In this document: one piece after another, positions 13,301 through 22,869 of the stretch
Layout of the letters: the number at the start of each line of letters is the position of its first letter
Position numbering within the stretch: position 1 is the first letter of the stretch
Source: Botryllus schlosseri
Lineage: Eukaryota
Assembly: GCA_051294905.1 (NCBI GenBank)
Contig: CM119381.1
Span: 16,058,001 to 16,122,000, forward strand
Length of the DNA: 64,000 nt
Direction: 5' to 3'
The notes under the pieces: model-generated
What the model saw: the letters and a program-made list of their open reading frames with translations, nothing else
Told to the model about the DNA's origin: nothing
Databases searched by the model: none
Translations under genes and position numbers: made by a program

Positions 13301-16300
13301 ACTGTCATCCGCCAAGGGGGAATGTGACTTGGAAAATTGTTCAATGTTCATACTTGCTAGTATTATAACAAACATAACTGAATATGCCACAACCAATTTT
13401 CATAAGTCATTGAGCATTGCCGCTTTCAGTAGGACTTAATTATTGTTGAAATATTTTTTGTAATTTCGGTGTCTGAGGAAGACAACGGGATGGTGCTAAC
13501 CCCAAACAGGTTCTGGTTCGTGCGAAAACGAATGTACACAACACATTAAAATTTCAAACTGTTGTGATGATACTATATGTACGTGGGATACTCTCACAGG
13601 GTAGCGGAACCGGAGTCGTGGTGCTTTAGTTTCATTAAAGTTTTTCTTGGTGGAGTCGGAGTCACAAAAATTGTGTAACCCGATTTGGAGTCGTCGTTAG
13701 GACTATACATGTACTAGCTGGAGTTGCTAAAATGCTGACCCCGGCGACTGTAAATTCAAATCAAATGTTCTCAAATCTTACTAAAAAGTGCCATTGAAGT
13801 TATTTATATATATCAGGGATGGCTATTCACGGTCGAATTTCGATTACTTATGTAGCCTAAGGCAGCATTTCCTGGACATAGTCGCAGCGAATTAGCTGGA
13901 CACCAAATACTCATGTTAAACTGTCCATGTCCATTTCCGGCGAACTAATCTACTTCTTCATATCGTCTTACAATGCGCATCGAAATCACTATGGTGGTCA
14001 TGTAATGAATAGTTACTGGGAGTGGTTATAGTCGCGCGATGCGCGAAAAACTTTTCAGATTCTCGAATGAATTTCGCCAATAATATATTAGCATTTTCAC
14101 ATATCACTATCAAATATTTATCCTTTATCAGCCGATGTGATCAGATTCACCGGTAGAGTTAATGGAGGGAGTATTTTCGAAAATTTAGGGCAAGTTATAA
14201 ATCAGTGGTTCCTAACGTGGGCGATTTTGAGAAACGAGGGGGCGAAAATGCCAAAGGGGGCGAATGGGGGGCGATGGGGGCGAAAATGTTAAGACGTTCA
14301 GTGAGATGTATTTAAGGAAGTGTCTATAGGGGTCCGGTACCGAACGAATAGACGTAGACGCTTTCTCAGGCTATTTGACCGGCAGATCTGTAAGCCACCC
14401 TAAATGTTATAGTGTTCCCGAATCAGACACTTAAATATATATGTAGCAGATGCTTGGATGTGGGGAGTTACCGAGATGCGGCACCATGCCGGTAGTTATG
14501 TACCGCATAGCGGTGGTTTGGTACGTTGTACGCCTCTTTTACAGCGTCGAGTCCCGCAGGACAGATCAGTAACCAGACCTGGGTAGCGAATAAATGACAG
14601 TCAACCGAGGTCTCTAAAATGGTTCACATTGTCCCAACGGTCCGTGGACACATGATCATGTCAGCATTTGACACTTCAGCGTACTACGATTGGGCATGCG
14701 ACGCTTCATAATGTGGGTAAAATTTGGGTTTAGGGTCGGGTAAGGTTTAGAACAGCGGTTCTTACACTTTTTAGACACGCCCCCCTTTATGGTAGCGAAA
14801 AATTTCGCGCCCCCATTATTGTCATATAAGAAAATGCAACTAGAATGCTCGCAATCCTAACGGATATTCTGATGGCATAGAAGGTTATGAGTGGTGATGA
14901 GAGAATTCAATAATATGATATTCGGATGATACACAGGGCAAAAACAATAAATTGGAGGTAAATCGCGCGGATTTTTCCGGTACCGGACGAGTAATCACTG
15001 CCTATATTTAATTAACACGGTCAAAAATGCACGTCAAGACGGCTCATTCTGCACATGACAAAATAAAAGGTCAACTAACTGGAGAGTAGACGCGGAAACC
15101 AGTTTTCCGAGCACCTACCACCTTGGAAAAAATGGGCTTTTTTCAGTAAATTCACCGCTCACCAGCGATCAGACTATATGTCCTCTTTTTTTCGAATCTG
15201 TAAATATGGGGGCGAAAATTTGTGTCGAGGTAGATAAGGGGGCAATCAGTCTAAAAAGGTTGGGAAACTTTGTTATAAATGATGATGCATATTAGGGTGG
15301 GCCAATTGGTGTTGGTCACTTTGTTTCATGCTGTTGTTTCTTGACCTCCCATCAAGATTGTCGGTATAGTGGTGAGATATTAGAATCTCCCAGACGTACC
15401 AGAAACTAATTTCTTTCCAGTGGAGCACACGATTCCGGATCTGTACTTTGGGGTTCAGAATGCAAAGGAGGGAATCAGCAATTATATTGCGACTTCAAAC
15501 TGGACACTGTAAATTGAACTCGCACCTCCAACGCATGGGTTGTCACGACAGTGGTCTCTGCGAAACGTGCAGCGTACCAGAAACTGTCGAACATTTTCTA
15601 CTGACGTGTCCTCGATACAATCACCAGAGACAATATTTAAAAAACGTAGCCGAACGTAGCAGTGTGAGCTTTTCGTTGGAATGTCTGTTAACTGATCCGC
15701 ACATGGTTAATGCGATCGTAGAATTTGCTGTCTTGTGTAGGCATATCTGATTCAACTATAGCTCCCTCAGGCCTGGTGCACAAGACCCTAGTAGTCGAGC
15801 ACCATAAAACCCCTTATACATACATACTATATATTTAAATTGAAAATGAAGTCGCATTGAATCGCGCCCCGAGCGAATAAAATTTCAAGATCAATTAGAT
15901 CTCTCAAAGAATAAGTAATCTCTCAAAAAATCGGGAGACAACTCGTAAATTCAATTTTCATGTCGACGAACTCCAACGCATACTAATTGAATTACGTGAC
16001 CACGGTCGCACAGATTTCGTTCTGCCTCGGCAGGCTGTTCACCCCTGATTATTAATTATTAATATATTATGCAGTTTTTCACGTAGGCGGACCTTCAAAA
16101 ACTTAATTTCTTTCTTAGAGCACATTTTTTAAATATATAAAATAGGTTGATTCTCTTGGTAATAATAATAATAATTAATAACCGAAAATTTAACAAACGA
16201 TAAAAAAACTTTTGAGTTGATTATTCCAGGAATGTTGGTGTCGGTATATTGAAAATGTCTGCAGTAGGAGTTGGAGTCGGTAGTCAAGTGAATCGACTCC

Positions 16301-19300
16301 ACAGCCCTGCCCTGAAATCATGTCATATATGTTAACCAATGAATGCTATTTTCGTGATGCAGGACGTTCCAAAGTTATCAAATAATATTGGACTCAAAGC
16401 TCTTGGTCTTTGCAATAACCCGATCGGAAGTATGGGGAGCGCAGCTTTATCCGGACCAAAAGGATTGGAGACCCTTCTCCTTCGTGGAACCGAAATCTCA
16501 ACATTGCAAGCGGACGCGTTTGGCGATGTTAGCAGCATTGAAAATCTGGATCTAGCGAACAATAATCTGTCATCAATTCCAAACGTGGTGAGCATGCCGG
16601 GCATTAACAAATCCGTGAAAAGGCAATGACATCCCATCGAGACAGTTAATTTTAAATTTAGAGTGTTTTATGGAGAATAATGTCAAATGGAGTCTTATTG
16701 CTAAAGAAATGCAAGAACGATGAAATATAAGATAAAATCCATTAATTCTTGTCATAGATCATTGGACCTGGACAGTGGACATGTTGTATGTATAATTGTA
16801 TATGTATGCATTAATGGTCACAACACAGTCGAGCTTATCGCCTTGTTAGGCCTTGTTCTCCACGACACGCATTTCATAGTGTTCACGAGTCTTTGCGTTC
16901 TTGTATTCCCGTGGACGTCTTTCAATCTCTCTAGCAGTCATTCTTCATTATCTCGCTCTCCCATGAGTCCCCATCGTGGACGTTGCTGCCGACTTGTAAC
17001 TTGGTTTACCTTACGTCTGGACTTTTCAATGCACTGAAGCAGTAGTGAGGTTGGCAACGAGTAGACCAGTTAAACCTCCGACACGTAGAAGTTGGTCAGA
17101 GCCGGGAATCTAAAGCGCTTTCATTGGTGTCGTGACCCTGGGAGTTCAACCAACTGTGCCATCTGAGCTTCCCTTCCCGGATAGGTTATTTGCTGTGGGG
17201 TAACCAAGTTCTCCGTTTTTCAAAAGGTACGCAGCATGACTTCACTTCGTAGTCTTGAATTGTCTGGAAATCCAATCGCAAAAATGCCGCCAGATGGTTT
17301 AACAGGACTAACGGGCCTTCGTGTCATGCACCTTGATAAAATGAAATTGTCCTCCTTGGATGTAACGGAGTTGGTATTCATTATGCCAGGACTCAGGTGA
17401 GTGCTCAATATCTGCGTTCCTCGGCTATCGAAATTTATATAGCAAATATTTTTTGTGAAGCTGTTTTGATATTTTACAATTGTAAAGGTGGACTGTTAGT
17501 TTTTTGAATTTAATTTTTATTGTTTATCATTCGTATACTCTTATCTAATAATATCTGGAGCAAAGATATCGCGTATTTACCTACCCCATGTTAGCTTCAA
17601 AATTTGGAAAGAACTTTCTGACATTTTGTCGTATCATCACAAGCTTGAAAAAGTTATATGTGTCGTAAATACATTTTTATCCAATTGTTGAAAATGTATA
17701 CTTATAACTAGGTCTGGGCACAATGATTCGAGTACTCGAATCTGAATCTAGTATTAATTTTAATGATAATAACACATTTCTGAAGTCATAATCATATCAC
17801 AACATTGTCACAAAGTGCAATGAAATCGGCATGGCCGAAAAATACCATAGGATCTTTAATGTGATGGAAAACAGGCATGCTATTCTTTGATGTGGCATAA
17901 AAGGTACATATTTCCACTTTGACATACTATATTTTGTTATGACGTCATAATGAGTGATACTCGAATACTCGACTCGACTCGAAGCATAATACGTGATTCA
18001 GAATCGAATCACTCAGGTATATCCGATTTTGCCCAGCCCTACATAAAACTGTGACTAGGGTTGCATTTAAAACAAAAATCAATTTGAAACAACCATGTTT
18101 AGAATATAGCCATCGCTTTATTGTGACGTCAGAGTGGATTGACCTAGACAATTGAAAATATATGGTAAATATGGCTCCTTCGACGAAAAGAGCTTCCGAT
18201 CACTGTCATAAACAGACTAAAAATATCTTTAATCAGTACTACATCGTTATGCAGCATTTTTACGGTCGGCAGTCTTCATCATCAGAACCCTCATTCTGAT
18301 ACCAATGATCTACATACGTGTCATAACTAGTGACCCAACGACGATTTCGAGGATGCCAGCCACCTAACATCGAATACGTCGTCCATATTGGGTAAAAATC
18401 GTCCGTAAAGACTCATACTTTATGTTTTTTCGGGAGTTATACACCATTAGGAAATAATTATGAAAAAAAAATCGTTTTAAAAATAGGCATTTCCCATCCG
18501 GAGACTGTCTATGCTCCGCCCTTGTAACCTTGTCCGCTGACGGAATGAAGAGTCATGACTTTTGTATCCCATCGCCGTGAGTGATGATATATGGGATTGC
18601 AAGTTAACTATTATATCTCAGGCTAATTTTTACAGAGTCACGCAAATTATTATTTTCAATTGATGATCATGGCGCACTGTAAAAAGATTTTCCAATCATA
18701 TTATTTTATTTTACTTGTGGTTGCGTGCGGGGATAACGAGCTCTATAGATATCCCTGGTCGCAAAGAGCAACATGAAATCAACTGATCTAAACTGAACCA
18801 TAACCGAGTTAAAACAAGAAATCAATAACATTAGTTTGTGTGCTGTTATTGATACACCACAACAAACTTTACCTCGAATTTTCATTGGGCTTTCACGGAA
18901 CCCTTGAAACTAGTGAAATGACCCCTGATATATGGTGCCTCTGGTCTTGAGGGCAGTTGAGATATTGGGTCTCTCTGTCCTAGTCTCGGTCAGGGATATC
19001 TAGAACTACGGAACTTCTAGAAATCACACCGTTAGTCGAACACCTTGCACATTGTACCCAGAGAACATACCCAGCAGTTGATGGAAGCGCACATTGACAG
19101 ACAACATTACTAAAGACTAGCGAAAAGAGTGTAGGCCTATTTCCGCCCGTGTACTACCCCGGATATAAGGGTGTGAATATACACCGATGTCACACGAAAC
19201 CAGAGCATACCTAAGACTTATACCGCTGTATAAATCGAGTAAAACATTTTCATCCAAATCAGACAAATGACACATGCATGGCTACCAGCACAGGGTCGCA

Positions 19301-22300
19301 AAATGAAGTTACCGCCGTTGCTATCGGAATGATCACCCATTTAATTGCGGAATTAAACTGCGAAAGACTTAATGACAAAAAACAACACACCGTTACCTAT
19401 CGAAACCCAATAAAGCTGAACCTATAGAACTCGGAAACCGTATACGTCTTACAGGCACGTCTTTCACGTCTGATAGCGGGATGAGTTTCGCCTTGTTTAT
19501 GCTCGTTTCGTGTGACGTTACACACTGGGTGCCCAATTCCGTAATTCTAGACATCCCTGATGTCAGTATGAATATTATAAGTTAATATAATATTAACATA
19601 GTATGGTTATTGCTCCATATTTCTGCGCTTTTTGTACTTCATGATTGTCGAAATGAACAGGTCGCCTTTTCAATGTAACTCGTTGTATTTTCTCGCTGAA
19701 TAGCCTATGCAAACCCTACGAGAACGTATTATGTTTCGCTTTAAAAGATCCATGTGGCTAGCCGGAAATCCTTGGCGGTGTGATTGCGAGATGGAGGCCT
19801 TGGCACTGGGAATCGACATTGGTCGTTCTCACGTGGAGGTTGCTGATCGATCAAAAATGGTTTGCGTCTCTCCAAGCGGCGTCCACGGCAGATTTATGGA
19901 CACTCTGGATATGGGAGATTTTATGTGAGTAATGAAACTACACTTTTTATTTGCTGGAAGATCAATCTTTTCGTGGCAACTCAATGTTATGGCGTTTTGA
20001 ACAGAAAAGAATGAAAAAAATCACTATGGTGTACTGCAGGGGTGAGGACTCTTACCGTTTTTTCGTCGCTTGATGTCGTATTAACTACGAATCAACCGGT
20101 GTCCGGTCAATACCGAGAATGTTATTACCGAGAATGCTATTACCGAGAAGGACAATACCGAGAATGGACAATACCTAGAATGGACAATACCTAGAATGGA
20201 CATTACCGAGAATGGACACCACCGAGAATGGATATTACCGAGAATGCAATATATGCAATACAGGCATGTTACACATATGAACAGATCGTGTGTGTGCATC
20301 ACGGCGTTGCCACATTCGGTATCGATTCTCAGGTATAAACTTCTCGACAACGTCCGTTACAGTAAGCTAGATTCTTGGCATTGTCCATTCTCGGTAATGT
20401 CCATTCTCGGTAATGTTCGTTCTCGGTAATGTCCGTTCTCGGTAATGTCCATTCTCGGTAATAGCATTCTCGGTAATGTCCATCTCGGTAATAGCATTCT
20501 CGGTAATAGTATTGAACCGAATCAACCTATCGTTGTTACCAATGTACCATACCAATCTACGTATTCAATTCCAAATTGCTTTTCTTCGCTTGACAATTTC
20601 ACCAATCAATAATCGTTAGATTATATTTTCATCTGAACAAGACACACACACAATGTGATGTAATGAACAGATAGGAGGATGCCGAACGACCAGTTGTGGT
20701 CTCTTAAACTGGCATCCACCTCGGCCTAGTGCCCGGTGTGACAGTTCCTTTGCAGATGTTAGTCTCTATTCCGTGGCTCTATCTTGCTCTTTCCGTTCTT
20801 TGTGAGTGCGCTCTTTCATCGGGTCTTTTTCAGGACTTGTTTTGTCGCCGTAAGAACAGCGACGCGGGTGAAGAGGAACCCTACTACTATGCATGAATGC
20901 CTTATCCCTGGCATCACAGAACAGTTCCCGTCGCTATAAATCTATTCTTATATGCACTTTTTTATGCAGTAGCTCTAATTTTTATTCTATTAAAAGGCAA
21001 TGTACACCAAGCAGAATTATAAGTATACACGAAAACAGCGCTCTAATGCGAATTCCCGTATTTGGAGAGAACGTGTTGAGCACTGTATCCTACGCATCGA
21101 TCCCAGGAATAGAAAAAACTGTCAACGTTGCTGCTGGAATAAGGTATATAACTAAAACTTCATGCAGCTTACCCGGCTGTACAATTCACAAACAATTATT
21201 ATAATTTAAAATTATTCAGGCAAGTTAAGCTTCGCAACTTAATTCCGGATACCAATTATATCGCCTGCGTGTATGCGAAGCATCAAGAACGCTCCTCATT
21301 TATGATTAGCGAACAAGAACCTACAACGCGCAATCATAACTCACACTCAGAATCTTGTATCAAGGTGAGTCAGTTTGCATATGGAAGACTGAACGTGGGC
21401 GTGTGACTATAGGTGGGCTATAGGCGTCACTGATATCGATTCGAATGGTTTTGATGTCGTACGATTAGATTCAAGTCTTTCGAATTCGAACATCAAATCA
21501 GATCATTCGAAGCAAATTTGCCGATAGAAGCACATTGCAGGTACACTATATTTTCTGATTTGGCAAAGCGTTTCGTCTGACAGCTCCCAATAACTATGCG
21601 GACATGTCAGAGTCGATCACGCACTTAAAGATCGCGTAAAACCTGGATCGGTGGCGTAAAACATCATCGGTATTTTAATCCAATTGATAAAAATCATTAA
21701 AAATAACGATTCGATTGGGATGTGGACTTTGCTCATCCAACAGATTGAATTTATTTGGTCTTACCAGTAATTTTTAAAGGGCGGTCACAGTTGCGCATGA
21801 TCGATTTGCGATGAAATTGTGGGTCCATTCAGAATACATATTAACTATACGCCATAACTATATGCCACGATTTACTGTATCAAAATGGCGTCCCAACAAC
21901 ACTCCCAATATTTGAAATAACGAAGTGAACACTGTAGGACAGGGGCAGCGAACCCGTCGCTTGTAAGAAGTTTCTGAGTGACCCAAGCGGTAATTTTATA
22001 GAAATTCGTATTATTATCAAATTAATCGATGCCTTAATTTATTCTGAACTTGCCAGGTCAACCCAAAATCTGGTTAGCCTGACCGCGAAATTGGTGTGCT
22101 GATGATACTGATGACTTGGCTTTTAGTCATCAGCTACCTTTTCCGGCATGAACCTTTTTGTTCGACGGGCCACATGCGGTTTACGAAATATTGTGCGGGC
22201 GATTTGAGTGCCGTGGTCTGGATGGAAGCGATGACATTTTTTCAGTCATCAGCACTCAAATCGCCCGCACAATATTTCGTAAAGCGCATGTTACCTGTCG

Positions 22301-22869
22301 ACCAAATAGATTGGCCGCCGATCGATTGACACACGATGAAGCGCGGGCCACATATGGTATCGCGACTCGTGAAGCTGAACCAGCACGATCCCGTTTCAGT
22401 TCAGAACAACGCACCAGCGACTCGATAAGCCGTGGCTGAAAGGGGGATTCGGAGGCCCGGAATTCCGATCGCGTAATCTTCTGATCATCTATCTTGTTCT
22501 GAGCGGCGTAATTTTACTGTCACTCATGGTAGTATCGCTAACTTTCTCCTCCTGGTACAAAAGGTAAGACGCTGTGTGTTGGACTTTAGCGTGGGGTTGA
22601 AAGAAATGTATTCCGCTCTTTCAAGACGAAAGACTACGCTCAAAGACAATATCACTAGGAACGACGCAGTCGACTTTCATGACGTATTAGAGAATATTGA
22701 TTCGAGTCTCGATAAAGGTACAGAACCAGTTGAAGACAATAAAATCAAAAAGCCGAAACGAACACAAAAGGATAAGCAAAACGGTACTGTGATGGAAATG
22801 ACAAACGAAGGCGGATGCGATAACGAGGCGTGTGACGGCTCGACTACGCCGCAACGAACGAAACTTTGA
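4282..22869 (+). CDS. LRR-LRRCT-FN3-TM type I membrane protein, 5'-incomplete: join(4282..4391,6171..6378,6443..6633,9378..9594,9665..9794,9912..10007,12270..12490,12567..12711,12792..12981,16363..16587,17227..17396,19748..19924,20997..21143,21220..21364,22400..22563,22626..22869)
   Basis: All 15 introns are GT..AG with matching phases, and the 2780 nt join reads open to TGA at 22867-22869. It contains 27 LxxLxLxxNxL-type repeats, LRRCT (GNPWRCDC...CVSP), an FN3-like segment (KLRNLIPDTNYIACVYA), a TM (LLIIYLVLSGVILLSLMVVSLTF), a basic stop-transfer (YKRRK) and C-terminal RTKL. Confidence 0.88.
4920..5084 (+). pseudogene. hAT transposase C-terminal relic
   Basis: LQCCQSTTAAERSFSILCKLLSKDSYFLPDNVGKYLWLNYNKF* contains the hAT dimerisation ERSFS motif. 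Confidence 0.65.
6171..6378 (+). CDS. LRR gene exon
   Basis: ttttcag|aac...c|gtaaga; three LRRs (MEKLNLEDNNI, LRFVNISNNRL, LEVLSISNNKI). Confidence 0.92.
6443..6633 (+). CDS. LRR gene exon
   Basis: cttacag|at...aag|gtacag; follows a 64-bp intron; three LRRs. Confidence 0.92.
6837..7146. mobile_element. hAT MITE, 310 bp
   Basis: TIRs taggtgttcttaaa / gtttaagaacccctg; perfect TSD GCGTAAGC (6829-6836, 7147-7154). Confidence 0.9.
7866..9351. mobile_element. hAT-like non-autonomous element with TACTT/AAGTA subterminal repeats, 1486 bp
   Basis: TIRs cagaggtggtc / gacatcctctg; perfect TSD CGCAAACC (7858-7865, 9352-9359). Confidence 0.88.
8639..8674. repeat. (AAC)n microsatellite, about 12 units, one AGC variant
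   Basis: Read directly from the sequence. Confidence 0.95.
9378..9594 (+). CDS. LRR gene exon
   Basis: ctgcag|acg...g|gttagc; LRALEMANVGM, LKHLDISRNQI, LATLKMDGNRI. Confidence 0.9.
9665..9794 (+). CDS. LRR gene exon (absent from the ORF track)
   Basis: gaacag|ct...aa|gtacgc; ADDAFAGIPNLEVLAASSCDISVAQARAFTTLLKLRILDLSSN. Confidence 0.9.
9912..10007 (+). CDS. LRR gene exon (absent from the ORF track)
   Basis: tttcag|c...aa|gtaagt; LNTLPTLQENRYLEELFLDNNEIQALNFNSF. Confidence 0.92.
10141..11680. mobile_element. hAT MITE family X copy, expanded by nested insertions
   Basis: 10141-10286, 10747-10845 and 11620-11680 are collinear with the intact copy at 33463-33780; right TIR gagaaccactg; no TSD match. 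Confidence 0.7.
10287..10746. mobile_element. hAT-like MITE with AAGTTGC repeats, nested in the family X copy
   Basis: TIRs tagtgcaagtttt / aaatcttgcccta; TSD GTTATCAT / GTTATCAC (7/8). Confidence 0.8.
12270..12490 (+). CDS. LRR gene exon
   Basis: ctgcag|a...g|gtgaac; three LRRs. Confidence 0.92.
12567..12711 (+). CDS. LRR gene exon
   Basis: cttcag|at...aa|gtgaga; LQSFDLRRNNI, IEKLYLCENNI. Confidence 0.92.
12792..12981 (+). CDS. LRR gene exon
   Basis: attcag|a...aag|gtgtgt; three LRRs. Confidence 0.92.
14203..15272. mobile_element. hAT non-autonomous element with GGGGCGAA repeats, 1070 bp; contains a partial family X copy from 14753
   Basis: TIRs cagtggttcctaacg / ggttgggaaactttg; perfect TSD TTATAAAT (14195-14202, 15273-15280). 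Confidence 0.85.
15420..15827 (+). mobile_element. 5'-truncated I-group LINE (Nimb/I/Outcast-like): ORF2 C-terminal zinc knuckle and 3' end
   Basis: RRESAIILRLQTGHCKLNSHLQRMGCHDSGLCETCSVPETVEHFLLTCPRY; short 3' UTR with hairpin and (TACA)n tail. Confidence 0.88.
16363..16587 (+). CDS. LRR gene exon
   Basis: atgcag|gac...gtg|gtgagc; three LRRs. Confidence 0.92.
16785..17178 (-). mobile_element. tRNA-derived SINE, family B
   Basis: The minus strand has an A-box tggcacagttgg and a degenerate B-box. Central blocks are shared with SINE family A (acacca, tctgacc, ggaggttta, aaagt/gcc.agac/tgt, taca/taagtcggcag). TACA-like tail. Confidence 0.65.
17227..17396 (+). CDS. LRR gene exon (absent from the + ORF track)
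   Basis: ttttcaaaag|gta...ag|gtgagt; VRSMTSLRSLELSGNPIAKMPPDGLTGLTGLRVMHLDKMKLSSLDVTELVFIMPGL. Confidence 0.9.
17709..18041. mobile_element. hAT-like MITE, TAGGGCTGGGCA family
   Basis: TIRs taggtctgggca / tgcccagcccta; ACTCGA repeats; homologous to 30495-31005; degraded TSD (6/8). Confidence 0.85.
18056..18300. mobile_element. Partial MITE, TAGGGTTGCATTTAAAAC family
   Basis: The left end and interior match the 60349-60744 copy; right limit approximate. Confidence 0.65.
19748..19924 (+). CDS. LRR gene exon, LRRCT
   Basis: The phase-2 acceptor tttcgctttaaaag|a gives ...MPGLR-SMWLAGNPWRCDC; donor at|gtgagt. Confidence 0.85.
20098..20518. mobile_element. Foldback element with inverted tandem arrays of a 15-16 bp unit (TACCGAGAATG core)
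   Basis: About 9 units at 20111-20246 and about 8 reverse-complement units at 20381-20507; flanking direct repeat CGAATCAACC (20088-20097, 20518-20527). Confidence 0.85.
20997..21143 (+). CDS. LRR gene exon, end of LRRCT and FN3 N-half
   Basis: ctattaaaag|g...ag|gtatat; QCTPSRIISIHENSALMRIPVFGENVLSTVSYASIPGIEKTVNVAAGIR. Confidence 0.8.
21220..21364 (+). CDS. LRR gene exon, FN3 C-half
   Basis: attcag|g...aag|gtgagt; QVKLRNLIPDTNYIACVYAK...ESCIK matches the FN3 L..L.P.T.Y...V.A motif. Confidence 0.85.
22400..22563 (+). CDS. LRR gene exon, juxtamembrane and transmembrane helix
   Basis: cccgtttcag|ttc...ag|gtaaga; FRTTHQRLDKPWLKGGFGGPEFRSRNLLIIYLVLSGVILLSLMVVSLTFSSWYKR. Confidence 0.85.
22626..22869 (+). 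CDS. LRR gene terminal exon, cytoplasmic tail
   Basis: 62-bp intron ending ctctttcaag|a; RKTTLKD...GCDNEACDGSTTPQRTKL*. Confidence 0.8.

Larger units (their letters stand above)
13597..16309. mobile_element. Putative GGAGTC-repeat hAT-like element enclosing nested insertions
   Basis: Left end cagggtagcggaaccggagtcg, right end cgactccacagccctg, GGAGTC repeats at both ends; TSD not matched. Confidence 0.45.

Noticed and set aside
19704-19747. ORF-track start MQTLRERIMFRFK for the LRRCT exon
   Set aside because: The acceptor at 19703 is phase 0 but the previous exon ends in phase 2; the acceptor at 19747 restores both the phase and the LRR pattern
20111-20507. CRISPR-like repeat array
   Set aside because: Units are directly adjacent without unique spacers, the arrays are inverted, and the context is a eukaryotic intron
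22158-22439. 93-aa ORF as the cytoplasmic tail
   Set aside because: Different frame from the TM exon and lies upstream of it; the tail is encoded at 22626-22869
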